Source: a virus (lineage: Duplodnaviria > Heunggongvirae > Uroviricota > Caudoviricetes). Taken from it: 64,000 bases of DNA. How positions within the stretch are numbered: the first letter of the stretch is position 1; every line of letters starts with the position of its first letter. The stretch is taken from positions 1 through 64,000 of the IMG/VR virus record IMGVR_UViG_3300017989_000089. One strand, 5' to 3'. The notes beneath the pieces were generated by a model, which worked only from the letters and a program-made list of their open reading frames with translations, ran no database searches and had not been told where the DNA came from. Positions 46,815-55,204 of this stretch are shown here, piece after piece. The translations under genes were made by a program, and so were the position numbers.

Positions 46815-48806
46815 ATGGGTGCGAAGTTCTCGACCATACAAACGCAGTCTATCACCTCTACGGGGGGTCAGGAGATTCTGACCCCTCTAGATGGTGCTGT
46901 ACCAAGGGCTGCGATCATCTTCTCCACTTACTCCAATCCGATATCTACAATCACGGATCATGCACGCATGTCCATTGGAGTTGCTACCGCTCTTGATCAA
47001 TATGTATGGTGTGGGCGTGGTCGAGACTCTTCAGGTACCACACAGACGAGAAGAGTATCCAACTCTGGAAGCATTGTACAACATCTAGAATACAATGGTA
47101 ACACCCTCACCGCCGATGCACGACTAAGCTCATTTGTGCCGGATGGACTAAGACTCGATTGGGTAACACCTCCACCGGATCCGGTGAGCTTGTTCATAAT
47201 CTTGATCTCTGGTGACGACGTACTTGTTCACGCAGGTGTGGAGAATCTCCTGAATACAATGGATCTAGAGATTGATGTTACCGATCCTGGATTCAGACCG
47301 GATTTCCTATTTCTAGGTGGTGGGAGCAATCTATTTGATGGCACCGTTGAACAAGACTATCGCTGCTCTTTTGGCATCGCAGTCAACGGTGGTAATCAGT
47401 ACGGGCAATATTTCGAGTATCCTGCAAACACAGGATCCGGCACAGCCGAGGCGGAGACATTCACCAATAGAGTCGCTGCGGATAGAACGAACTACACTGT
47501 CGAGGTGGATAACTTTGATGCAGATGGATTTTCTTTGTTTGCTCGTGGGGGTGGAGGGCTCGATCATGATATAGCCTACCTCGCGATCAGCCTTGGTTTC
47601 GGATCATACCTTCAAGAGTTCACATACGACACTCCTACAGCTACAGGACCATACCAAAAAACTGGGATCGGTTTCACACCTGACTTCGTGTTCCTCGGCA
47701 CGAACATGCTCGATGCTCGAGACTCTTACACGACAGATCTGAAGGCTGGGGCAAACGGCTTCGCTTCCGTCTTCACTGAGCCGCTCCCATCACGTGACTT
47801 CGCCGGAATGGTGACCAATGAAGTAGGAGCAGGTACTACCAACTGTGCTTCATTGATGGATTCTCGAGTAACACTCAACCAACACGACAGATCTATAGGT
47901 ATCCAGGGCGACCTCATTTCTCTAGATGCGGTTGGCTTCACGATCGACTACTCCTACGTTATGGGATCTGCGCGAAAGTGGTGGGGATTTGCCGTCAATG
48001 ACCCTCCTGGCAGACCTCGCACACAGGTGTCATGGGCTGCGTTCGAAGTGGGCGATCCCGTGCCCGACGCAAGAGGTAACGTAAGCTGGGCTGAATTCGA
48101 GGTGCCCGAGTATGTCCCTTGCGCCGGACAGGTATCCTGGGCCGCACTCAAGACACCAGATGTTCATGGAGCAGGGAGCACTTGTTGGGTAAGCTGGGGA
48201 CTGTTCGAGGTTCCTGACTCCGACTCTGCAATCATCACACAGGTATCACTCGAGACTCCTGATCCTCGTAGAAGAGGTAGGGTCTCGTGGGCAACCGTGC
48301 AGTTCGATGCGCCACCTGGTGAAGGTACAAAGCTGATCAGAGTATATTTGAAAGACTTCAATAGAGATCTGGTTCTAGAAGAACTGGATGCTTATGGACT
48401 GAGGCCAGACATTCTATTCGCCCTTGCTGGATTTGAACCGCTGGACAGTTCGATCGACTCCAACCTCCGAGTCTGGACACCATCATCGAACCCAGATCCT
48501 TACTACAATGATGTGGATGTAGAAGTCGGAGAGATCTGGCTCGAGTATAGCTATACACTGACGGCACAAAATATAGCAGACATCGAACTCGTCTTGTATA
48601 ACCACAACGCTGGCTACCTCACTGAGGATCAGCAGGAGTACGATCAGGATGTAGAAGATCGTGCAACCTTGCAGCAGTATCTCGATAACCCTTGCGCCTC
48701 CTTGACACCAAGTGAACAAACTGATGCTCTTTGCCGAATCATGAGGCTGCTGCTAAGGTATCATCCGCACGACTTGCCAACATTCCCGGACGAGTACGAT
48801 GGCTAA
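46815..48806 (+). CDS. large repeat-containing protein (unknown; structural/adhesin-like)
   Basis: 663 aa. Two tandem domains are marked by GFRPDFLFLGGGSN and GFTPDFVFLGTNM. A run of five to six ~18-aa repeats follows ((V/I)SWA.FEVP...). Confidence 0.55.
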   Translation: MGAKFSTIQTQSITSTGGQEILTPLDGAVPRAAIIFSTYSNPISTITDHARMSIGVATALDQYVWCGRGRDSSGTTQTRRVSNSGSIVQHLEYNGNTLTADARLSSFVPDGLRLDWVTPPPDPVSLFIILISGDDVLVHAGVENLLNTMDLEIDVTDPGFRPDFLFLGGGSNLFDGTVEQDYRCSFGIAVNGGNQYGQYFEYPANTGSGTAEAETFTNRVAADRTNYTVEVDNFDADGFSLFARGGGGLDHDIAYLAISLGFGSYLQEFTYDTPTATGPYQKTGIGFTPDFVFLGTNMLDARDSYTTDLKAGANGFASVFTEPLPSRDFAGMVTNEVGAGTTNCASLMDSRVTLNQHDRSIGIQGDLISLDAVGFTIDYSYVMGSARKWWGFAVNDPPGRPRTQVSWAAFEVGDPVPDARGNVSWAEFEVPEYVPCAGQVSWAALKTPDVHGAGSTCWVSWGLFEVPDSDSAIITQVSLETPDPRRRGRVSWATVQFDAPPGEGTKLIRVYLKDFNRDLVLEELDAYGLRPDILFALAGFEPLDSSIDSNLRVWTPSSNPDPYYNDVDVEVGEIWLEYSYTLTAQNIADIELVLYNHNAGYLTEDQQEYDQDVEDRATLQQYLDNPCASLTPSEQTDALCRIMRLLLRYHPHDLPTFPDEYDG

Positions 48807-49113
48807 ACGTGTCGATGCGAACCAAGCGCAGATAGTCAAAGAACTGCGAGATGCTGGATGTTCCGTCCAGTGTTTACACGAAGTTGGGAAGGGATGCCCT
48901 GATATCCTGGTGGGCTATGAGGGCTACAATTTCCTTTTCGAGATCAAGGATCCATCCAAACCGCCTAGCAAGAGAAAGTTGACTTCCGATGAAGAAACAT
49001 GGCATAATTCTTGGGCTGGAGATGCTACCATCATCTTCACATCAGAGTATGCGCTTCACTATATGGAGTCCTGTGTTGGCTGTAGCTCAAGTAGTCAGAG
49101 CACCGGCCTGTGA
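48799..49113 (+). CDS. VRR-NUC-domain (PD-(D/E)xK) nuclease-like protein
   Basis: 104 aa. GCPDILVGYEGYNFLFEIKD matches the VRR-NUC core (G.PD......EvK). The 3' end runs into tRNA-His. Confidence 0.45.
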   Translation: MAKRVDANQAQIVKELRDAGCSVQCLHEVGKGCPDILVGYEGYNFLFEIKDPSKPPSKRKLTSDEETWHNSWAGDATIIFTSEYALHYMESCVGCSSSSQSTGL

Positions 49114-49151
49114 AGCCGGGGATGCGGGTGCGAGTCCCGTCGGCCACCCCA
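49075..49151 (+). tRNA. tRNA-His (GTG) with encoded G-1
   Basis: 8-bp acceptor in which G-1 pairs with C73. D-stem gctc/gagc. Anticodon stem ccggc/gccgg, loop ctGTGaa. T-loop tgcgagt. CCA. Confidence 0.65.
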
Positions 49152-49184
49152 ACAACCACCAACCCAAAATGAAAGGGAGAGCTA

Positions 49185-50228
49185 GTGAAACAGTATATTG
49201 GTTTCGTAAGGGACCACTCCATCTCAATGACCCACCTGGCAGCAGGAGCAGCTAGGGACTACAACACAAACGTCAAGGCAGTTCAAGACGCAGCGAACGC
49301 ACACCAACTGGATACGATCGTAAGCACAGTACTGTGTGGGATCAAAGGCGAAGGTTGGAATGATCGCGGCGTGGTAAAGCGTGAGATCGTCAATTCGAAC
49401 GTTCACATGCTGAAGCCCATTCCAGAACAAACATACCTTACGAATGGGTCCTCCACTCCTCTTCTCGACTCCGTTGGAGAACTGATCGAGATCATGGAGT
49501 CTATGCCTGATGCACAAGACCAGAATGTCTCCTTCCTTCTGATTGTGATCACAGATGGACAGGAGAACGACTCACACAAGTGGGATAGGTACAGTCTCAC
49601 TGAGAAGATCAAGAAGCTTCAGTACTCGGACCGCTGGACCTTCACATTCAGGGTTCCCCGCGGAGAGACTTGGTACCTCGAGCAACTTGGCATCCCACGC
49701 GGCAACATCCTCGAATGGGATCAGACGCAGCATGGATTGGAGAGAGCGACCAAAGACACAGTGCGTGCGGTGACTCATTACTACACGCAGCGCAGCAAGG
49801 GTGTGACAAGCTCTCGCTCATTCTACGCTGACCTCAGTGACGTCAGCATTCACGAGGTCAAACGAAACCTCAAGGATATCTCGAAGGAGATCGAGGTGTG
49901 GCCCGTCAAAAATGCTGGCAGTGAAATCCGAACCTTCTGTGAGTTCCACACCAACGATGGTGACTACCTGAAGGGTGCGGCTTTCTACGAACTCACGAAG
50001 CCGGAGACAGTTCAGGACTACAAGCAGATCGTGATCAGGAATCGGAAGAACGGAAAGTGCTATGGTGGTCCCGCAGCAAGACAAATGCTGGGGCTCCCCG
50101 ATTTCGGACAAGTCAGACTGCGTCCTGGCGACCACGGGCAGTACGACATCTTCATTCAGTCGACGAGCGTGAATCGGAAGCTGATGAAGGGTACACGTGT
50201 CGTGTATTGGGAAGGCGCGGTGCGGTAA
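49185..50228 (+). CDS. von Willebrand factor A (vWA) domain protein
   Basis: 347 aa. MIDAS motif DHSISM (DxSxS) near the N-terminus, plus VITDGQEN. Confidence 0.55.
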   Translation: MKQYIGFVRDHSISMTHLAAGAARDYNTNVKAVQDAANAHQLDTIVSTVLCGIKGEGWNDRGVVKREIVNSNVHMLKPIPEQTYLTNGSSTPLLDSVGELIEIMESMPDAQDQNVSFLLIVITDGQENDSHKWDRYSLTEKIKKLQYSDRWTFTFRVPRGETWYLEQLGIPRGNILEWDQTQHGLERATKDTVRAVTHYYTQRSKGVTSSRSFYADLSDVSIHEVKRNLKDISKEIEVWPVKNAGSEIRTFCEFHTNDGDYLKGAAFYELTKPETVQDYKQIVIRNRKNGKCYGGPAARQMLGLPDFGQVRLRPGDHGQYDIFIQSTSVNRKLMKGTRVVYWEGAVR

Positions 50229-50473
50229 TGCCTGGGCCGGTATCGGATAGCTACGACCCTGAATGGGGAACCGGAGCAAATAGGGACAGGATCGAGAACG
50301 AGCTAACGGCTATGTACCGAGAGTTGGGCAGAGTCATTGGAGGACCACCGAAGTATATCATGGAAGTAGTTGACGGTACGGATGGACCTCTATTGGATGT
50401 TCAGCCTGGATACACGGAGAAGCAGTGGAGGCTACTCCGGTTCGCGCTCGAACGTGCCATAGAGTCTCTATGA
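50228..50473 (+). CDS. hypothetical protein
   Basis: 82 aa. Start is the internal ATG 50228, overlapping the vWA stop as TAATG. Confidence 0.35.
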   Translation: MPGPVSDSYDPEWGTGANRDRIENELTAMYRELGRVIGGPPKYIMEVVDGTDGPLLDVQPGYTEKQWRLLRFALERAIESL

Positions 50474-50733
50474 AAACCACAGTAGTCAACAAGAACTACG
50501 AACTTTACGATGTCTATATCGGACGTCCCTCGAAATGGGGGAATCCGTTTAGACCAAAGGGCAGATCTGAGAAGGCTAGGCTTGAAGCGATCCGTAAGTA
50601 TGCACTCTGGATTGCTGAGCAGCCTGAGCTACTCAAAGCTGCCAAGACAGAATTGCGTGGCAAACGGCTTGGGTGTTACTGTAAGCCCAAGCCGTGCCAC
50701 GGTGATATTCTAGCGGAGATTGCAGATGCCTAG
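50470..50733 (+). CDS. DUF4326-family protein
   Basis: YELYDVYIGRPSKWGNPF and LGCYCKPKPCHGDILAE match the conserved DUF4326 motifs. Start is the internal ATG 50470. Confidence 0.55.
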   Translation: MKTTVVNKNYELYDVYIGRPSKWGNPFRPKGRSEKARLEAIRKYALWIAEQPELLKAAKTELRGKRLGCYCKPKPCHGDILAEIADA

Positions 50734-51154
50734 AGTAAAGTTTATCTCTTCCATCACCGATTGGTTCCTTGTCATAACGGCAGCGGTACTCTTCACTCTG
50801 GAAATGGTTGCCGTGGCAGGATACGTGCCTCTAATCACGACCGAGACCGTTGAGATCTCCGTATTTCAGCTTTGGGTCCCGGCGGCATTGGGTGCCCTCA
50901 TGGGCCACTTCTTCCCGCTACCTTTTTCGCTGTTCGGGCGTAAGAAGTACTACACCAGGAACTTCCTGATTGCCTTATTCGCTGGTGTGGGATTCTACCT
51001 ACTGTGGTACTTCAAGGCTCCAGAGGCCCAGGTAAATTCTGTCCTTGACATTCTCGCCGATCGTTTGTATGCTTTCTTCCTAGGCGGTTACTTCATAGGG
51101 AGTGAGTTCTTCCTTAGAGGGCTTCACCCGCTGGAAAGAGAGGATACAGAATGA
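50720..51154 (+). CDS. multi-pass membrane protein
   Basis: 144 aa with about four predicted TM helices. Confidence 0.45.
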   Translation: MQMPRVKFISSITDWFLVITAAVLFTLEMVAVAGYVPLITTETVEISVFQLWVPAALGALMGHFFPLPFSLFGRKKYYTRNFLIALFAGVGFYLLWYFKAPEAQVNSVLDILADRLYAFFLGGYFIGSEFFLRGLHPLEREDTE

Positions 51155-51239
51155 GAGCTACGATGCAACCTTTATTGCGACTCGCTTATCGATTTAGTCG
51201 GTCACGACTGAGTTGGCGGTCGTATGCCCTCCAAGCGTA

Positions 51240-51316
51240 GCCCCCGTAGTCTAACTTGGCAAAGACGACGGGCTCAAACCCCGCAGTTAGAGGTTCGAAT
51301 CCTCTCGGGGGTACCA
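51240..51316 (+). tRNA. type-I tRNA with anticodon CAA (Leu-type anticodon; unusual short form)
   Basis: Acceptor gcccccg/cgggggt. D-stem gtct/agac with D-loop aacttggcaa. Anticodon stem (a)cggg/cccg(c), loop ctCAAac. 4-nt variable loop. T-arm agagg-ttcgaat-cctct. A73 and CCA. Confidence 0.5.
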
Positions 51317-51361
51317 CTTGGCTCCAGCCACCAACCAAAGCAATTATTCCAGGAGTGATCT

Positions 51362-51751
51362 ATGTCTAAAAAGTTTGTCGATGCTATAGCCAAGTACAAT
51401 CGTGTCGCAATCGCTGGAGGACCGAGGACAGGCAAGACGACGTTGGCTGCATTGGGAGCTTCTCCCAATCGGCGAGTCTACCACACGGATGACTTCATGC
51501 ATCTCAACTGGAAGGATCAGCCGGAGTTCATTATCCAGCTACTGAAGGATCAGTCACGATACATTGTCGAAGGTGTCCAGGTTGCTAGAGCATTGAGAAG
51601 CGGGTTGCAGGTTGATGCTGTCGTCTTCATTCGAACCCCTAAGGTTGTTCTGAATACGCGGCAAGAGGGAATGCGGAAGACGATCGACAAGATCTTCACC
51701 GATTGGTACGACGCGAACAACGGCAGGGTACCGATCATCTTTATAGAATGA
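51362..51751 (+). CDS. P-loop NTPase / small kinase (possible polynucleotide kinase)
   Basis: 129 aa. Walker A is VAIAGGPRTGKTTLA. Preceded by RBS AGGAG. Confidence 0.45.
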   Translation: MSKKFVDAIAKYNRVAIAGGPRTGKTTLAALGASPNRRVYHTDDFMHLNWKDQPEFIIQLLKDQSRYIVEGVQVARALRSGLQVDAVVFIRTPKVVLNTRQEGMRKTIDKIFTDWYDANNGRVPIIFIE

Positions 51752-51975
51752 TGAAAGAAGATCTGTTCGTAACTGGTTTCATTCTGATGTACTTCGCGTT
51801 CGCCTTCGGTGCAGGGTTCTACACCGGATGGATGAAACGAAAGCATTGGGTTGAGCAGAGACTCTCGAGAAGTCGTCCTCGAGAGAACCCGGTAGAGGGT
51901 GACCGAGACGATCCGGGTAATCCCTTTTGACGGGGATCCGGGGTCGCCCTCACCGTTAACGAAAGGAAGAATCAA

Positions 51976-52200
51976 ATGTCCAAGCATGTCGTTATCGAAG
52001 CGCACCTCGTGGCGGATAATTCGATTCACAATCCGCACAATGTTGCAGACAGAGCGGCACAGAAGGTTAAGGAGATGCTCGAAGAGAACTACAAGAAGAA
52101 GGAGTTGCTCAAGGACAAAGATGGGAAAGTCCAAGAGCAACCGGTGAAGGTTCTTCTTGTAACACACCGCATCTCAGACATTCTGGATACACCGGAATGA
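51976..52200 (+). CDS. hypothetical protein
   Basis: 74 aa, behind RBS GAAAGGAAG. Confidence 0.35.
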   Translation: MSKHVVIEAHLVADNSIHNPHNVADRAAQKVKEMLEENYKKKELLKDKDGKVQEQPVKVLLVTHRISDILDTPE

Positions 52201-52623
52201 GCAATGGTGCGAGGCTCGTAGGACGCCCACCCCATCCGGAGTGGTGCCGTTGCTGCGAATATTGGAGGAATCTGTTAAAGCAGATCTTGGAGGAAAACAA
52301 TGCCAAGGCGGGGAAGAGCGAAGAAAGGGAAGATGTCGCCGCAGAGCCTGATGAACTCAGGACAGTTTGGCGATCTCCCGACCATTAATGTACCTGGATG
52401 GAAGGCGGATTACGGAGCAACGGAGCTTCGCATTCTGGTCGAAGGCCTTCTTCGTCAGGGCTACTCGTTCCAAGACTGCAGAAGGAAAGTCCACGAGCTA
52501 ACCGGACAAATTATCGTCGAGGATGAACGTGGAAACGTTCGCTGGCTTCACCGAAATAGTAGAGGTAACAAAGTCAGCAAGGCGGTTGGATACGCGAAGG
52601 GACCTTATAGGCAAACAGATCGT

Positions 52624-52699
52624 GCTCCTGTAGCTCAGAAGGTAGAGCGCCGCCCTGAAGAGGCGGGCGTCGGTGGTTCGATTCCACCTGGGAGCACCA
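52624..52699 (+). tRNA. tRNA-Phe (GAA)
   Basis: D-stem gctc/gagc. Anticodon stem ccgcc/ggcgg, loop ctGAAga. T-arm ggtgg-ttcgatt-ccacc. CCA. Confidence 0.75.
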
Positions 52700-53222
52700 C
52701 TACTCCTACTGGCAGAATTGTCAAAGAAGATGACGTTGCCTATGTGCTACCGAGTGGGAAGATCAGATCGAAACGCGCCATGATGGCCATCCTCTATGGA
52801 ATGGACGAGCGACAAGCTGACGAGAAGTATCCTCCATATCGGGATAACTCATGGGATCGTTTAAAGCCGGGTGAAGTCAAAAGCGAACGTCAATCGATAA
52901 GGATGGGGACGTATGAAACTAAATTTACCCAAACTGCCGGAGGGGCTGAAGATCAACATAGGCGGAAAGAAAGAATCCGAGAGCGGATCCGAGAAAAAAG
53001 AGAAGCCAAAGTTTCTCGCGCCAAATCTGAGAGAGTACTGGCTGGACGGTCGGGGGTTCGTGCGGAGGATCGATCTCCGTGGTACAACGAGGAAAGAAGC
53101 GAAGGAAGAGAAACGTCGGCAGAAGAAAGAACGCGTGAAGGAATTGAAACGATTGAAGAACTTGCAAGCGCGATCGAAGGAATAGCAAAGGCTTTAGGAT
53201 CATGAAAGTATGGTGGTGTCTA

Positions 53223-53291
53223 GGCGTGCCCTCTGGGAGGAGCGAGGTCTCCAAAACCTTGCAGCTGGGTTCGATTCCTAGGCGCGCCGCC
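53223..53291 (+). tRNA. tRNA-Trp (CCA)-like with truncated D-arm (69 nt)
   Basis: Good acceptor ggcgtgc/gcgcgcc. Anticodon stem gaggt/acctt, loop ctCCAaa. T-arm ctggg-ttcgatt-cctag. CCA. Only 14 nt lie between the acceptor and anticodon stems. Confidence 0.4.
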
Positions 53292-53300
53292 AAAGAAAGT

Positions 53301-53378
53301 GCCGGTGTAGCCCAACCAGGCAGAGGCGACTGGCTTAGAACCAGGAGGTTGTAGGTTCGAATCCTACCACCGGTACCA
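53301..53378 (+). tRNA. type-I tRNA with anticodon TAG (Leu-type anticodon; unusual short form)
   Basis: Acceptor gccggtg/caccggt. D-stem gccc with D-loop aaccaggcag. Anticodon stem (a)ctgg/ccag(g), loop ctTAGaa. 5-nt variable loop. T-arm gtagg-ttcgaat-cctac. A73 and CCA. Confidence 0.5.
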
Positions 53379-53389
53379 GGAGTCATAAA

Positions 53390-53593
53390 ATGCTGACTTG
53401 TCCGATTTGCGGAAAGAAATTCAATCCTGTGGAGGACCTTGGTGATCCTATCACGGTGCGTATCGCGCTTTATAGAGGCCAGGCAGCTGAATTGAAGATC
53501 GTTCCATGCGCTGAGTGCTACGCAAAGGCCGATGAACTCATAAGCAAGTACGCAAAAGCCCTCGTAGCCCAACTGGCAGAGGCGTTGGTCTGA
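53390..53593 (+). CDS. zinc-ribbon mini-protein
   Basis: 67 aa with CPICGKK...CAEC. Confidence 0.35.
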   Translation: MLTCPICGKKFNPVEDLGDPITVRIALYRGQAAELKIVPCAECYAKADELISKYAKALVAQLAEALV

Positions 53594-53634
53594 GAGGCCA
53601 AAGGTTGGTAGTTCGAATCTACCCGGGGGCACCA
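53558..53634 (+). tRNA. type-I tRNA with anticodon GAG (Leu-type anticodon; unusual short form)
   Basis: Acceptor gccctcg/cgggggc. D-stem gccc with D-loop aactggcag. Anticodon stem ttggt/gccaa, loop ctGAGag. 5-nt variable loop. T-arm ggtag-ttcgaat-ctacc. A73 and CCA. Confidence 0.5.
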
Positions 53635-53648
53635 GAAAGGAACCTGAA

Positions 53649-53885
53649 ATGGCTGACTATTTCGTGATTCAGCGACTGAACGAGAATCAGACTGCGGTCT
53701 ACAAGTTTAGTAGCAAAAGAGATCTACAGATCGCATTGCAGGAAGGTAAATTCGTCCCGAAGTTCGTTGGCGACATTGACGAGGTCGACGAGGTCGAGTA
53801 CTGGGAATACGATTCAATCATGATCATCAAAGGCAACATCATCGTACCGGAAGCGAAAGAGCAAGTGACCGTTTGGGAGGTCTGA
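53649..53885 (+). CDS. hypothetical protein
   Basis: 78 aa, behind RBS AAAGGAAC. Confidence 0.35.
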   Translation: MADYFVIQRLNENQTAVYKFSSKRDLQIALQEGKFVPKFVGDIDEVDEVEYWEYDSIMIIKGNIIVPEAKEQVTVWEV

Positions 53886-54124
53886 AAATGAAGGATATGC
53901 TTCGTTATGCGGTCCAGTTCAGTGTTTATCCGATGGCGTGCAAGCGTGTTCGCATCGAGGCTCTGACAAAGTGTGGCGACGACAAACTGTGGGCAGTACA
54001 CGTGGACGTCGGCCCTATCATCACTGAGGGTGCCGTCGCGAACGCTGTTGACATGCTCCTATTTCGGATCGCACAAAGGGCACAAACGGAGTCGAGCAAT
54101 GGAGTGATTGAAGTGGAAGGGTGA
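53873..54124 (+). CDS. hypothetical protein
   Basis: 83-aa ORF overlapping the previous stop. Confidence 0.35.
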   Translation: MGGLKMKDMLRYAVQFSVYPMACKRVRIEALTKCGDDKLWAVHVDVGPIITEGAVANAVDMLLFRIAQRAQTESSNGVIEVEG

Positions 54125-54202
54125 CCGAGTGGTAAGGTGCCCGGCTGCTACCCGGAGGCTGTCTTAACCGGCACGGAGGTTCAATTCCTCCTCCTTCCGC
54201 CA
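54115..54202 (+). tRNA. tRNA-Ser (GCT), class II
   Basis: Acceptor ggaaggg/tccttcc. Anticodon stem cccgg/ccggg, loop ctGCTac. Long variable arm. T-arm ggagg-ttcaatt-cctcc. CCA. 88 nt. Confidence 0.65.
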
Positions 54203-54219
54203 AAAGAAAGGAGAGGACA

Positions 54220-54561
54220 ATGTTAACAGTTTACAAGTACCAAATTCCGGCTACGCTCACTGGAAACGGTATCAGGTTCGAGAATGAGTTTACACTCGAG
54301 ATACCTAATCCTGGAATCATAACAACGATGGGGGTGCAACCGTCCAGGAGCCCTCACTTGCAGATCTGGGCACTGGTGGACGATGAACCTACAGTTATAC
54401 GTGAACGCCGTTTCGTTTTTCTAGGAACTGGACACACGACGAAGCATGCGAATCTGCAATTCATCGACGCATGGGTAACAGACGGACTCGTTTTTCACCT
54501 GTTCGAGGTGATGAATCCGGAACTCGAAGCCGGAGAAGACAAGGTTGGAGGAACCGATTAA
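54220..54561 (+). CDS. hypothetical protein
   Basis: 113 aa, behind RBS AAAGGAGAGG. Confidence 0.4.
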   Translation: MLTVYKYQIPATLTGNGIRFENEFTLEIPNPGIITTMGVQPSRSPHLQIWALVDDEPTVIRERRFVFLGTGHTTKHANLQFIDAWVTDGLVFHLFEVMNPELEAGEDKVGGTD

Positions 54562-54586
54562 TGAAAGGTGAAGGATCATCGAGACT

Positions 54587-54681
54587 GGAGGGTGCCGGGC
54601 CAATGGGTGCCCAACCGGTCTCGAAAACCGGGGGACCTCCCGAGAAGGGGGGTCGGGGTTCGAATCCTCCACCCTCCGCCA
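54587..54681 (+). tRNA. tRNA-Ser (CGA), class II
   Basis: Acceptor ggagggt/accctcc. Anticodon stem ccggt/accgg, loop ctCGAaa. Long G-rich variable arm. T-loop ttcgaat. CCA. Confidence 0.55.
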
Positions 54682-54883
54682 GAATGCCTGTGACGGCTTA
54701 TCGATTGCCTCACATGACTTATAACGAAGTCATCTTCTGTGATGGGTACAGTAGGCATTATATGCGGTTGGATGTGAAAAGTGACAACTTCGTTTGTCAG
54801 TTCTGCAAGCGGGATATGGTAGTCACCAAACAAACCATTCGGATGTTCCTGCAGGAGCATTACGGAACAAAGGAAGTGGGATT

Positions 54884-55204
54884 ATGAGACAGAAGGAATG
54901 GAATATCGGAGTGAAAATCGAGAGAGAAGCCATGGAGAATGGTTACCTCGGTTTACTACACAAGTACGGAACCCGTGTACTCGCCGGTAACATGAAGCTG
55001 GCTAGTCAGCTTATCAAGACCGGAGTCGTGTTCACGTTCTACGACAACTTCACCACTGCGGTTATCATAGATAAGTACGGTAGAATGGTCTCTGCCGGTG
55101 CTGCGAAAAGACTGCCGACCGACAAGGTGAATCCAAACATTGGCAAGTGTGTCGCTCTGTGGAGAGCATTCGATGCCTACTTCGTTAGGGTAGCGAAGAG
55201 ATGA
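54884..55204 (+). CDS. hypothetical protein
   Basis: Start is the internal ATG 54884, behind AAGGAAG. Stop overlaps the rtcB start as GATGA. Confidence 0.35.
   Translation: MRQKEWNIGVKIEREAMENGYLGLLHKYGTRVLAGNMKLASQLIKTGVVFTFYDNFTTAVIIDKYGRMVSAGAAKRLPTDKVNPNIGKCVALWRAFDAYFVRVAKR

Noticed and set aside
52300-53205. 301-aa ORF 52300-53205.
   Set aside because: Its frame runs straight through tRNA-Phe (52624-52699), so it is most likely a chimera of a short 5' ORF and an independent 3' ORF. An ORF starting near 52780 is possible. Neither part was confidently delimited.
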